Positions 1-8,256 of a DNA stretch of 45,517 bases are shown piece by piece. The stretch is from Acidimicrobiaceae bacterium. GTDB lineage: Bacteria; Actinomycetota; Acidimicrobiia; Acidimicrobiales; MedAcidi-G1. Position 1 is the stretch's first letter; every line of letters begins with the position of its first letter. The translations under genes and the position numbers were made by a program. Under the pieces are notes generated by a model. That model ran no database searches. It saw only the letters and a list, made by a program, of their open reading frames with translations, and was not told where the DNA came from. The stretch is taken from positions 18,157 through 63,673 of the forward strand of contig PBUO01000057.1 of NCBI GenBank assembly GCA_002727895.1, written 5' to 3'.

Positions 1-73
1 GCCGCCGCCACTACCACGCCGTCTACCAGGAGTGCAGCGCCGGAGTCCCAGGCGTTGGCTAGCCCGAGGACCT

Positions 74-1288
74 TCACTTCGGTCCTCCACCGACTAATTC
101 GGGTCGGCAGAACTTCACGTAGAAGGTCTTGGGAACCCGATCAAGGCGGTAGAGCAGCCAGAACAGAGGCCGAAGACGTCGGAAGGTCGACAGGTAGGTC
201 GGATAGTCGGTGTGGTGTCGACGCGGAGCGTCCATCAACTCCACCCAGCGGTCCTCCGAATATCCGAGCCTCTTCTTGACCATGGCAAGTAGTTCGGGAT
301 CGATAACCGGATCCACCTCGTACTCGGCCTGCGCCTCCTCTCGGGTCAACTGCTTCGACCGGACCCGTCCCGAAAGTTCGTTGATCCGCTGGTCGACGCC
401 AAACCGGCGGGGCAGGAAGTAGGAGTGGTAGAAGGCAGTGAAGCGGTTCTCCAGGTGGTGGCCGCCATACCACTCCCACCCATACTCCTCAGTCAGGAAC
501 GCCTTTACAGCCTCTTTGTGGTAGTCGAGGTGGTACAGCGGCCGATGCCGCCGGATCCCCGAAAGCGCGGCCCACTTCACGAACTTCCCAAATGGCATGT
601 TGGGAAAGGTCCGCATCGGCATCGTCCCGAACCGACGATGGACCTCCCGGACATAACGGCCGTCCATGTAAAGCCAACCAAGTGGCGAGACTCCTTCTGT
701 CCGGAATGAGTGTCCTTCGACGATGTGACGGATCCGGTGCTTCTCGGCCGCCCTGTATAGAACGCCCATGAAGCCGATGTCCGTCGGAGCCTCGATGTCC
801 CGCACGCCGGACTCGATGAACGCCCGGTAGATGTCGTCGTATTCCTGGTTGTCGACGACGAAGGTCTCGAGGGGAACATCCAACTGGTCAAGGACTGTGT
901 AGATGTTGTTCGTGGCGATCGGGCTGTTCCACGTGTTGTCGAAGTGGACGGCCAGTGGCCTCACACCACGACGAACCATCTCGTGGGCCAAGAACGAAGA
1001 ATCACACCCTCCGCTCACCCCGAGGATGCAGTCGAACTGCCTGCCTCGACCGTCGGCCTTCATCTCGTCGACCAGCGCCTGGAGTCGCTCCTCGCCCTCG
1101 GGCCCAACCGGATACTGGACATCCATCTGGTCGTGGAGGTCGCAGTACGAGCAAGACCCGTCGGCCCCAAAAGAGATCCCCGGGATGGCCTCGTCGTAGA
1201 GGCACCGCTTGCAAGCTTTCTGTACCCCGTTGGCAGACTCACCCACTGTCGACGTGGGGTCCGCTCCTGGGTCTACGCCTCGGCCCAT
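74..1288 (-). CDS. N-acetyl sugar amidotransferase (WbpG/WbuX/PseA family, PP-loop enzyme)
   Basis: 404-aa ORF. It has an N-terminal CKRC...CSYC zinc-ribbon-like pair and the PP-loop GVSGGCDSS, with overall WbpG-like layout. It lies directly downstream of HisF/HisH paralogues, as in known acetamidino-sugar loci. The ATG at 1288 overlaps the upstream stop by 16 nt. Confidence 0.85.
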   Translation of the reverse strand: MGRGVDPGADPTSTVGESANGVQKACKRCLYDEAIPGISFGADGSCSYCDLHDQMDVQYPVGPEGEERLQALVDEMKADGRGRQFDCILGVSGGCDSSFLAHEMVRRGVRPLAVHFDNTWNSPIATNNIYTVLDQLDVPLETFVVDNQEYDDIYRAFIESGVRDIEAPTDIGFMGVLYRAAEKHRIRHIVEGHSFRTEGVSPLGWLYMDGRYVREVHRRFGTMPMRTFPNMPFGKFVKWAALSGIRRHRPLYHLDYHKEAVKAFLTEEYGWEWYGGHHLENRFTAFYHSYFLPRRFGVDQRINELSGRVRSKQLTREEAQAEYEVDPVIDPELLAMVKKRLGYSEDRWVELMDAPRRHHTDYPTYLSTFRRLRPLFWLLYRLDRVPKTFYVKFCRPELVGGGPK

Positions 1289-2061
1289 ACCCCGTCCCTC
1301 AGCATCAGAATCTTCTCGATCTGCCGCCTGGGCGGATAGTTGATCAACACCCCCCGATCGGGTCCCTGAAAGACGAAGAGAGTGCCAGCGGCTACTGCCG
1401 AGGCCCCGGCTTTGAGCACCGGATCGCCGAGTTCAGCACGTCGTCCACCACCTCCATGGCCGATGACCGGAACGTCTACGGCCTCCGCCACCTCTGAGAT
1501 CAACTCCAGATCAAATCCGGCTCCCGTACCTTCTCGATCGACCGCGGTGACCAGCACCTCCCCAACGCCTAGGTCGACAGCGCGGCGCGCCCAGTCGCCT
1601 GGCGAATCCGACACCACCTCCCGGTTACCCCTGACCACGACCTCGAGACCTCCGCCGCCTCGTCGGACGTCGATGGACGCCACAACGGCCTGGCTGCCGA
1701 AACGGGAGGCCGCCGCCTCAACCACCGACGGATCCTCGGAGAGGAGGGTGTTCACCACGGCCTTCTCGTAGCCGGCGTGGTACAACTCGGAGAACTGGTC
1801 GAGCTCCGTCAGTCCGCCTCCATAGGCCAGCGGGATGAAGCACTCCTCCGCGTACTTCTGCAGCAGCGGGAAGGACGAGGGGGTCCTCGTGCGGGCGGCG
1901 ACGATGTCTAGAAGCACTATCTCGTCGACCACGAACTCATTGAAGATGCTCAGTACGTTGACGGGGTCGCCCACGTAGACCGGATCTTCGAAAACCCTGG
2001 TCTTGACCAACTGACGGTTCTCGAGAAGCAGGACCGGGATGACCCGTGGCTCTACAAACAC
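1273..2061 (-). CDS. hisF: HisF-like cyclase subunit paralogue (WbuZ-type, glycosyl amidation-associated)
   Basis: 262-aa ORF with a HisF (beta/alpha)8 signature: N-terminal RVIPVLLLENRQLVKT, and later GVGEVLVTAVDREGTGAGFD and GASAVAAGTLF. GTG start at 2061. There are no other his genes nearby. Confidence 0.85.
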   Translation of the reverse strand: MFVEPRVIPVLLLENRQLVKTRVFEDPVYVGDPVNVLSIFNEFVVDEIVLLDIVAARTRTPSSFPLLQKYAEECFIPLAYGGGLTELDQFSELYHAGYEKAVVNTLLSEDPSVVEAAASRFGSQAVVASIDVRRGGGGLEVVVRGNREVVSDSPGDWARRAVDLGVGEVLVTAVDREGTGAGFDLELISEVAEAVDVPVIGHGGGGRRAELGDPVLKAGASAVAAGTLFVFQGPDRGVLINYPPRRQIEKILMLRDGVWAEA

Positions 2062-2714
2062 GGATCCATCCGAAGGAAGTTGCCGAGCAGGGCCTTTCCG
2101 TACCTATGGCTCTTCTCGGGGTGAAACTGCACACCCATCACATTTCGGCGGGCCACCGCCGACACAAAGGGCGCGCCATGGGTCGAGCGTCCAATCACAT
2201 CCGTCGGGTCGTCCGGATCCGCTGCGTAGGAATGAACGAAGTAGTAGCGCGACGCCTCATCCATCCCGTCGAACAAGGGATGTCCACCTTCCTCCCTGAC
2301 GCGCGACCAGCCCATATGGGGAATGCGTACCCGCCCGTGGTGTGATTCAGAGGCCAGCCGGCGCACGACGCCCGGAACGAGGCCGAGGCCGCAGCGGTCG
2401 CCCTCCTCGCTCCGATCAAGGAGGAGTTGCATTCCAAGGCAGATTCCTAGGATCGGTCGACCCGACCCGGCAACTTCAACAAGCGCCCGGTCGAGCCCGT
2501 TACGAGCAAGGGTCTCCATGCCAAGATCGAACGCGCCAACCCCCGGAAGGAGCAGCCGATGAGCCCTTCGCACCTCAGCCGTGTCGTCGCTTACCGTGAC
2601 GTCGGCCCCAAGCCGGCTGCACATGTTCACAACCGAACCTACGTTCGCCAGACCTGTCGAAACGACGAGTAACGACCGCGCGGCGCCGTCCTCCTCGAAC
2701 AACGCAGGCTTCAC
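2052..2714 (-). CDS. hisH: HisH-like class-I glutamine amidotransferase subunit (WbuY-type)
   Basis: 220-aa ORF. It carries the catalytic Cys motif GICLGMQLL and the His-Glu motif VQFHPEKS. The GTG start overlaps the upstream stop (GTGA at 2711-2714). Confidence 0.85.
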   Translation of the reverse strand: MKPALFEEDGAARSLLVVSTGLANVGSVVNMCSRLGADVTVSDDTAEVRRAHRLLLPGVGAFDLGMETLARNGLDRALVEVAGSGRPILGICLGMQLLLDRSEEGDRCGLGLVPGVVRRLASESHHGRVRIPHMGWSRVREEGGHPLFDGMDEASRYYFVHSYAADPDDPTDVIGRSTHGAPFVSAVARRNVMGVQFHPEKSHRYGKALLGNFLRMDPCL

Positions 2715-3271
2715 GACTGGTCCGAGTAAACGAATCGAACGTCCTCGCCATCACCCTCCACCCGGCCAACAGGTCGTGCGGGACTCCCCACCGCGATCGT
2801 CCGGTCCGGAAGGTTCGTGTTCACAAAGCTGTTGGAACCGACCACACATCGGGACCCGATCGTTACTCCAGGGAGCACCACGGCCTGGCTACCGAGGTAG
2901 CTCCCGCTCCCGATCGTCACCTGCCCGGTGAGAATGGGAGCGGCGCCCATCGACACGCAACGACGCGCGGTGTCATGGGTGTAGATGTGAACACCAGCCG
3001 AGATGTCGCAGTGGTCTCCGATCGTCAGCAAGCCCCCGGATCCATCCAACATCACAAACGGGCCGATCCAGACCTTACGACCGACCTCCACCTGACCGAG
3101 CACGTGTACCGAGTCGAAGACGCTAGAGCCCTCCCCGAAGCCGAGGACCCGTGCTCGCTCCCAACGGTCGAACAACGCTTCGGGGAACGGGACGCTGCGG
3201 TTCCACTCCCTCCTCGTGGCGGCATCTGCCTCGTTCCTCAGCAGTCTGAGGTCCTGATGGAGGTCACTCAC
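2711..3271 (-). CDS. Left-handed beta-helix (hexapeptide-repeat) acetyl/acyltransferase
   Basis: 186-aa ORF with repeated [LIV]-G-x4 hexapeptides (IGDHCDISAGVHIY, IGSGSYLGSQAVVLPGVTIGSRCVVGSNSFV). It looks WbbJ/maltose-O-acetyltransferase-like. GTG start at 3271. Confidence 0.8.
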   Translation of the reverse strand: MSDLHQDLRLLRNEADAATRREWNRSVPFPEALFDRWERARVLGFGEGSSVFDSVHVLGQVEVGRKVWIGPFVMLDGSGGLLTIGDHCDISAGVHIYTHDTARRCVSMGAAPILTGQVTIGSGSYLGSQAVVLPGVTIGSRCVVGSNSFVNTNLPDRTIAVGSPARPVGRVEGDGEDVRFVYSDQS

Positions 3272-3319
3272 CGCTCTAGCTCACCCTCCTCGTCCCGCTC
3301 GGTCTTCCATGCCCCGACA

Positions 3320-4471
3320 TCATGCCAGCCCAATCTCCTCCAGCATGCGCACGCACCGTTCCGCCACCACCCCCCGATCGTGGTGCTCCATCACCCAGTC
3401 GCGAGAAGCACGACCCACAGCCTCCCGGTGATCGCGGTCAGCGAGGTCAAGAAGGGCAGTTCGAATGGACTCGGCATCGGAGCCCTGCACGAAGGGGTGT
3501 CCGCCGGGATACTCGGATTTCATTACTCCGGGTTCTAGATGGTTGAGGACCGGGCGCCCACAGGAAGCTCCTTCGAGAGCGGCAAGCCCGAACCAACCGC
3601 CGAAGTCATCCGACGAGATGTCACAGGCCTGATAGACGTCGACGATCTCCCGCCATGTGAACTCGATGCCCCTTCCCGTGCCCAGCCAGTCGACCCTGTC
3701 AGAGATGCTTAGGTCGTCGATCAACCGGCGCGCCAGGTTCTCATCTGACGAACCCTCCCGTTCGACGAGGAGGAGGCGACCGTCGAAGCCGTCTGCGACG
3801 GCCAGCGCGAAGCCATGGAGGAGGAGGTCGTTCCGCTTCCACCCACCCGTTTCGATGATGAACGGATCGGGAGCAAACATAAGGCGAGCCGGATGGAATA
3901 CCGAGATCGGCGCTGTTCGGTCTGCCACTGGCTCCCTCGGTCGGAACAGGTCTGTGTCAATGGCTTGCGGGAGGCAGCCCCCGAGGGCGACCCCGAGGCG
4001 ACGGGTGGCCGAGCGGAATGGTTTGAAGGCCGGCCCCCAGATGCTGGTGGCTCTGCGGATCCCTCGACGCTGTCGGATTCCGATGACCGTGTCGACGACA
4101 TCGGCACGCCCACGCCGCCTGGATGACCGGGCCCGGACGGGAAAAGGGGCGTGGGTCAGGTCCCAACCGGCGGGGAAGAAGATGTAGGGGATCCCTGAAC
4201 GCTCAGCAAAGATCGGACCAAGGTCGGTCACGATCGCCACGTCATAATCAGCTAGCCGACGGGCGATCTCAGCATCACCCGGACGCAGAATTTCGCGCCC
4301 GCCGACCCAGGGCGCCGAAGTCGCGAAGGTCGGATCATCCAGTAACGGCTCATCGCGCAGGCAGGTCGGCATGGTCTCCGAGTCAAGGAAGAGGTGGACA
4401 TCGTGGTCGGTCTGAGCGCGCAGCCCCGCCGCTAGCTGGTACATGAAATGGCCGTAGAGGGCGATCTTCAT
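3320..4471 (-). CDS. GT-B-fold (GT4-like) glycosyltransferase-like protein, tandem paralogue 1
   Basis: The track ORF 3320..4522 is trimmed to the ATG at 4471 (MKIALYGH...), which forms an ATGA overlap with the upstream stop. The C-terminal FGGWFGLAALEGASCGRPVLN resembles the GT4 donor-binding region. It is clearly paralogous to the next gene. Confidence 0.7.
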   Translation of the reverse strand: MKIALYGHFMYQLAAGLRAQTDHDVHLFLDSETMPTCLRDEPLLDDPTFATSAPWVGGREILRPGDAEIARRLADYDVAIVTDLGPIFAERSGIPYIFFPAGWDLTHAPFPVRARSSRRRGRADVVDTVIGIRQRRGIRRATSIWGPAFKPFRSATRRLGVALGGCLPQAIDTDLFRPREPVADRTAPISVFHPARLMFAPDPFIIETGGWKRNDLLLHGFALAVADGFDGRLLLVEREGSSDENLARRLIDDLSISDRVDWLGTGRGIEFTWREIVDVYQACDISSDDFGGWFGLAALEGASCGRPVLNHLEPGVMKSEYPGGHPFVQGSDAESIRTALLDLADRDHREAVGRASRDWVMEHHDRGVVAERCVRMLEEIGLA

Positions 4472-5652
4472 CTGCCCGACCCCGGTGCGGACAAGATCAA
4501 CGACAGCGCCGCCTCGGCCCACCGGGCCACGACCGAACGGTCATGGTGTCTAAGGACCCATTCGCGAGACGATTCGCCAATCTGGCGGCGTCGATCAGCA
4601 TCGCCAACGATCTGGATTGCACGCGCCACCTCCCCGGACGTAGCGGCCTGAAGGAACGGGTGTCCATCGGGATACATCTCAGCCATGGTGTCCGAATCGA
4701 CATGGTTAAGGACGGGTCGTCCACAGGCCGCCCCCTCGATCGCCACCAGCCCGAACCAACCACCGAACTCGTCGGCCACGAGGTCGGCAGAGCGGTACAG
4801 GTCGGCCAGTTCGGCCCAAGTGAATCCTTCCGGCCTTCCGGCATCGAGCCACTCGACCCGTCCACGAAGGCCGAGAGCCTCAATCCGTCGGATCGCCTCA
4901 TCCTCATCCGGTGAACTGGCCCGGCGAAGAAGCTGCAGTCGCACATCGATGCCCGAGGCCACTGCCTCGGCCATCCCGTCGAAGAGGACCTGATTCCGCT
5001 TGCACTGGCCGGTCTCCACCAGAAACCGGTTCTCGGACATCATTATTCGCGACGGATGAAAGATCACGAGTCCCCGCCCGTCGTCTGAGTCGGCCTGGGG
5101 CCGATCGGCTTCCCGAGGTGGTGAGAAGAGGTCAGTGTCCAGCGGTTGGGGCAAGTTGTCGGTAAGCGAAAGTCCGAGCCTGGCCGCCGCAATCGTAAAG
5201 GGAGCGAACGGAGCCCCCCAGATTCCCGCCGCTTCTCTGATCCCGGCCCGCAGCCTGGCCGCCACCACCAATGCCGAGAGGTCCCCGATCCCTCGTCGAC
5301 GGCTAGATCGGGAGCGGATGGGGAACGGACCGCAGGTCAGGTCCCAGCCGGTGGGGATAAACACGTATGGAATCCCGGAGTGACGCGCGAAGACCGGTCC
5401 GAGTTCCGTGACCAGCGCGATGTCGTACTCTCCAATCCGGCCGGCGATGTCAGAGGCTGAGGGCCGGAGGATGGATCGACTATCGATCCATGGACCGATT
5501 GCTGCGAAATCAGGATCGTCAAGCAGGGTCTCGGAACGAAGAGAGCGGGGAAGGGTGGCCTCATCCAGAAAGAGGTGGACCTCGTTGGCCTCGTTCTCTC
5601 GCAGCCCGACCGCCAGTTCGAACATGTACGGACCGAAGAGGGCGATCCTCAT
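4468..5652 (-). CDS. GT-B-fold (GT4-like) glycosyltransferase-like protein, tandem paralogue 2
   Basis: The track ORF 4468..5790 is trimmed to the ATG at 5652 (MRIALFGPY...), giving an ATGA overlap with the upstream stop. It shares long colinear motifs with 3320..4471, including GIPY.F.P.GWDLT..PFP.R.RSSRRRG and FGGWFGL.A.EGA.CGRPVLNH. Confidence 0.7.
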   Translation of the reverse strand: MRIALFGPYMFELAVGLRENEANEVHLFLDEATLPRSLRSETLLDDPDFAAIGPWIDSRSILRPSASDIAGRIGEYDIALVTELGPVFARHSGIPYVFIPTGWDLTCGPFPIRSRSSRRRGIGDLSALVVAARLRAGIREAAGIWGAPFAPFTIAAARLGLSLTDNLPQPLDTDLFSPPREADRPQADSDDGRGLVIFHPSRIMMSENRFLVETGQCKRNQVLFDGMAEAVASGIDVRLQLLRRASSPDEDEAIRRIEALGLRGRVEWLDAGRPEGFTWAELADLYRSADLVADEFGGWFGLVAIEGAACGRPVLNHVDSDTMAEMYPDGHPFLQAATSGEVARAIQIVGDADRRRQIGESSREWVLRHHDRSVVARWAEAALSLILSAPGSGR

Positions 5653-6770
5653 CCGGTCCTCAGGACGCGCCGGAGGGTCTCCACGACCCGCTCGACCTGC
5701 TCCAGAGTCATCCCCGGAACCAGTGGGAGCGTCAGAGCCTGACCGGCGAACCTGGCTGAGTTGGGCAGGTCTCCGTCGACGTACCCCCAACGGGAATAGG
5801 CGGGGTGCTGGTGGCAGGCGTAGGTGCCGATCGTGGTCCCGATCCGCTCCTCAGCCATGTCACGGATGACACGATCACGGTCGAGGTAGTCGTCGAGGAC
5901 GACGACGTAGGACTGGTAGGACCACTCGGTGCGGTCGGGCGGCCGGGGAACGGTAAGTCCTTCGGTCCCGGTCAACCGTTCGTCGTAAAGGCTGGCCGTC
6001 CGTCGGCGGTCGGTGAGGATCTCGTCCAGTCGTCTGACCTGGGATAGAGCCATTACCGCCGGAACCTCGCCGAGTCGGTAATTGAAGCCCGGTTCAACAA
6101 ACGAGAGACCGGGCCCACCGGCCCGAACCGAACCATGGTTCCTCAGTGTCCGGAGTCTTCCGGCGAGGTCCGGGTCGGCGGTCATCACCATCCCCCCTTC
6201 GCCACATGTCACGACCTTCCGGGGATGGAAGCTGAAGCAGCCCATCAGCCCATGGGCGCCACACCGGATGGCATCGCGCTCGCCCCCCAGTGAGCAGGCT
6301 GCGTCCACGATCACGCTCGCTCCCGCCTCAGCGGCGATGGCCCCGATCGCCGCGTGGTCTGCGGGCTGGCCAAAGGGATCCACGGGCATCACCACCCTCG
6401 TCCGGCCAGACACGAGGCTCCGGAGGCACTCGGGATCCATGGAGAAGTCATTCGGTGACGAGTCGACGAAGACAGGCGTTGCTCCAGTTTGGACCACAAC
6501 ATTGGCAGTCGCCGGAAAGGTGAAGTCGGACAAGAGGACCTCGTCGCCCGAGCCCACATCGAGTGCGGCCAGCGCTAGGTGGAGCGCTGTAGTCGCGGAC
6601 GTGGTCGCCACAGCTTCCCCGACTCCTACGAATTCAGCCACTGCCCTTTCAAACTCGGTCCCGAACGGGCCCGAGGTCAACTGGCCCGACGCGAAGACGG
6701 TTCGAAGGTCCGACTCCACCTCGTCGAAGTGGACGTCGGGAATGATGATTGGGAGGTCGGCCATGGTCAC
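5649..6770 (-). CDS. DegT/DnrJ/EryC1/StrS-family PLP-dependent sugar aminotransferase
   Basis: 373-aa ORF with N-terminal GQLTSGPFGTEFERAVAEF and the Schiff-base lysine context CFSFHPRKVVTCGEGGM. The GTG at 6770 (GTGA overlap) or the ATG at 6764 could be the start. Confidence 0.85.
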   Translation of the reverse strand: MTMADLPIIIPDVHFDEVESDLRTVFASGQLTSGPFGTEFERAVAEFVGVGEAVATTSATTALHLALAALDVGSGDEVLLSDFTFPATANVVVQTGATPVFVDSSPNDFSMDPECLRSLVSGRTRVVMPVDPFGQPADHAAIGAIAAEAGASVIVDAACSLGGERDAIRCGAHGLMGCFSFHPRKVVTCGEGGMVMTADPDLAGRLRTLRNHGSVRAGGPGLSFVEPGFNYRLGEVPAVMALSQVRRLDEILTDRRRTASLYDERLTGTEGLTVPRPPDRTEWSYQSYVVVLDDYLDRDRVIRDMAEERIGTTIGTYACHQHPAYSRWGYVDGDLPNSARFAGQALTLPLVPGMTLEQVERVVETLRRVLRTG

Positions 6771-7759
6771 GATGAACCCACGCTGGCCAACCGGTCCTGG
6801 ATGCTCCAGACAAGTTCCAGCGCGGCAAGGGCCTGCCGGCCGTCGACCTCGCAGGGATGGTCACCCCGAACGGCGCCCGCAAAGTGCTCGAGTTGGGCCA
6901 CCAGCGGCTCGGCCCGACGGACGAAGACCCGACGGGTCTCCACATCCAGTGCGTAACGGCCGTCGAAGCCTTCTTCCCCAACGTCACCAATCCTCCCTTG
7001 ACGGAAGATCAGGAGTTCCTGGCTCGGATAGTCCACGGTCAAGAAGCGGTCCGCAGTGGTCACTTCGAGTTGTCGCACCTGGTTCTGGGTGATCCGACTC
7101 GCCGTTAGCGACGCTAGGCGATTCCCACCAAATCCCAGGAGGGCCGTCACGTGGTCCGAGCCGTGGGGACCTTCAACCGCCCGGGCCTCTATCCCGGCGA
7201 CGTCAGTGCCCATCAGATAGAGGACAACGTCGATGTCGTGGACCATCAGGTCCATCACCACGTCGATGTCGCTTACCCGGGCGCTCACCGCGCTCATGCG
7301 GCGGGCGTTGACGACTAGCACCTGCTCACCCTCCACCAACTCTCGAAGTTGCCGGACCGCCGGATTAAACCTCTCGACGTGACCTACCTGGAGCACGACT
7401 CCGGCGTTCTCGGCCTCGGCGATCAGGATTCCCGCCTCGTCCCGGGTGGGGGTAAGGGGCTTCTCAATCAGGCAGTGGACCCCCCGGGACATGAGCTCCT
7501 GACCCGTCTGGAGGTGGTGACCCGTCGGAACGGCGACCACCGCAGCGTCCACCTCCGGCAGGTCTTCGATCGAAGCAAAGGGCAGGCATCCGTGGGCCTC
7601 AGCCACGGCTGCACGATTGGTCTCGTCTGGGTCGACGACGGCCACCAGATGGACGTCCTTCATCGAGGCGAGGCACCTGGCGTGGTTACGTCCCATGTGC
7701 CCGACGCCCACGACCGCTATGCGGACCGGATCAACCACGATTGGCTCCCCGGTCCACAC
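6767..7759 (-). CDS. Gfo/Idh/MocA-family NAD-dependent oxidoreductase (WbpB/WlbA-like sugar 3-dehydrogenase)
   Basis: 330-aa ORF with the Rossmann motif IAVVGVGHMGRNH and the EKP motif CLIEKPL. It is adjacent to WbpD-like and WbpE-like genes. An alternative GTG start at 7738 would reduce the overlap with the upstream gene from 29 to 8 nt. Confidence 0.8.
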   Translation of the reverse strand: MWTGEPIVVDPVRIAVVGVGHMGRNHARCLASMKDVHLVAVVDPDETNRAAVAEAHGCLPFASIEDLPEVDAAVVAVPTGHHLQTGQELMSRGVHCLIEKPLTPTRDEAGILIAEAENAGVVLQVGHVERFNPAVRQLRELVEGEQVLVVNARRMSAVSARVSDIDVVMDLMVHDIDVVLYLMGTDVAGIEARAVEGPHGSDHVTALLGFGGNRLASLTASRITQNQVRQLEVTTADRFLTVDYPSQELLIFRQGRIGDVGEEGFDGRYALDVETRRVFVRRAEPLVAQLEHFAGAVRGDHPCEVDGRQALAALELVWSIQDRLASVGSS

Positions 7760-8240
7760 CCTCTTCTCCCCGATGGACGATCCGGCCCGGATTGCCCACT
7801 ACCAGCGCTCCTGGTGGCACATCAGCGAGGATCACCGATCCGGCACCGACCATGGCCCCGGCACCAATCACCACCCCGCAAACGATTGTCGAGTTAGCAC
7901 CGATGGACGCGCCATCTTCGACCACAGTGGACTTCACTTCCCAGTCCCCCGCGGCGCGGGGGTACAGGTCGTTGGTGAAAGTAACGGCCGGCCCCACGAA
8001 CACCTCATCACCGAGGGTCACGCCGTGGTAAACGTTGACGCCGTTCTGGATCTTGCACCGGGCACCGATGACCACTCCGTGGTCGACGTAGCATCCCTGT
8101 CCGATCGTCGTCCCCGAGCCGATCCGGACTCGCTCCCGGACCTTCGTCCAGTCCCAGACTTGACAGCCCGCCCCCAGATCCGCCTCAGGCGAGACCTCCG
8201 CCCTGGCGTCGATGTATGTCGGGTTGGAATCGCTGCTCAT
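7731..8240 (-). CDS. Hexapeptide-repeat N-acetyltransferase (WbpD/WlbB-like)
   Basis: The track ORF 7731..8315 is trimmed to the ATG at 8240 (MSSDSNPTYID...), 16 nt below the upstream stop. It has a left-handed beta-helix repeat run (IGSGTTIGQGCYVDHGVVIGARCKIQNGVNVYHGVTLGDEVFVGP). Confidence 0.8.
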   Translation of the reverse strand: MSSDSNPTYIDARAEVSPEADLGAGCQVWDWTKVRERVRIGSGTTIGQGCYVDHGVVIGARCKIQNGVNVYHGVTLGDEVFVGPAVTFTNDLYPRAAGDWEVKSTVVEDGASIGANSTIVCGVVIGAGAMVGAGSVILADVPPGALVVGNPGRIVHRGEEGVDRGANRG

Positions 8241-8256
8241 GGTCACTGCCTCGGCC

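Noticed and set aside
1-73. Possible start of a further minus-strand gene downstream of the WbpG-like gene
   Set aside because: Only 73 nt are available, so no start codon or frame can be supported.
1273-2714. hisF/hisH read as histidine-biosynthesis genes
   Set aside because: No other his genes are nearby. The two genes are flanked by a WbpG/WbuX-like amidotransferase and an acetyltransferase inside a glycan operon. This matches the known glycosyl-amidation paralogues rather than the housekeeping IGP synthase.
6082-7092. 336-aa plus-strand ORF antisense to the aminotransferase and WbpB-like genes
   Set aside because: The reasoning is the same. It has a Ser/Pro/Arg/Thr-rich translation, spans a gene junction, and has no recognisable domain.
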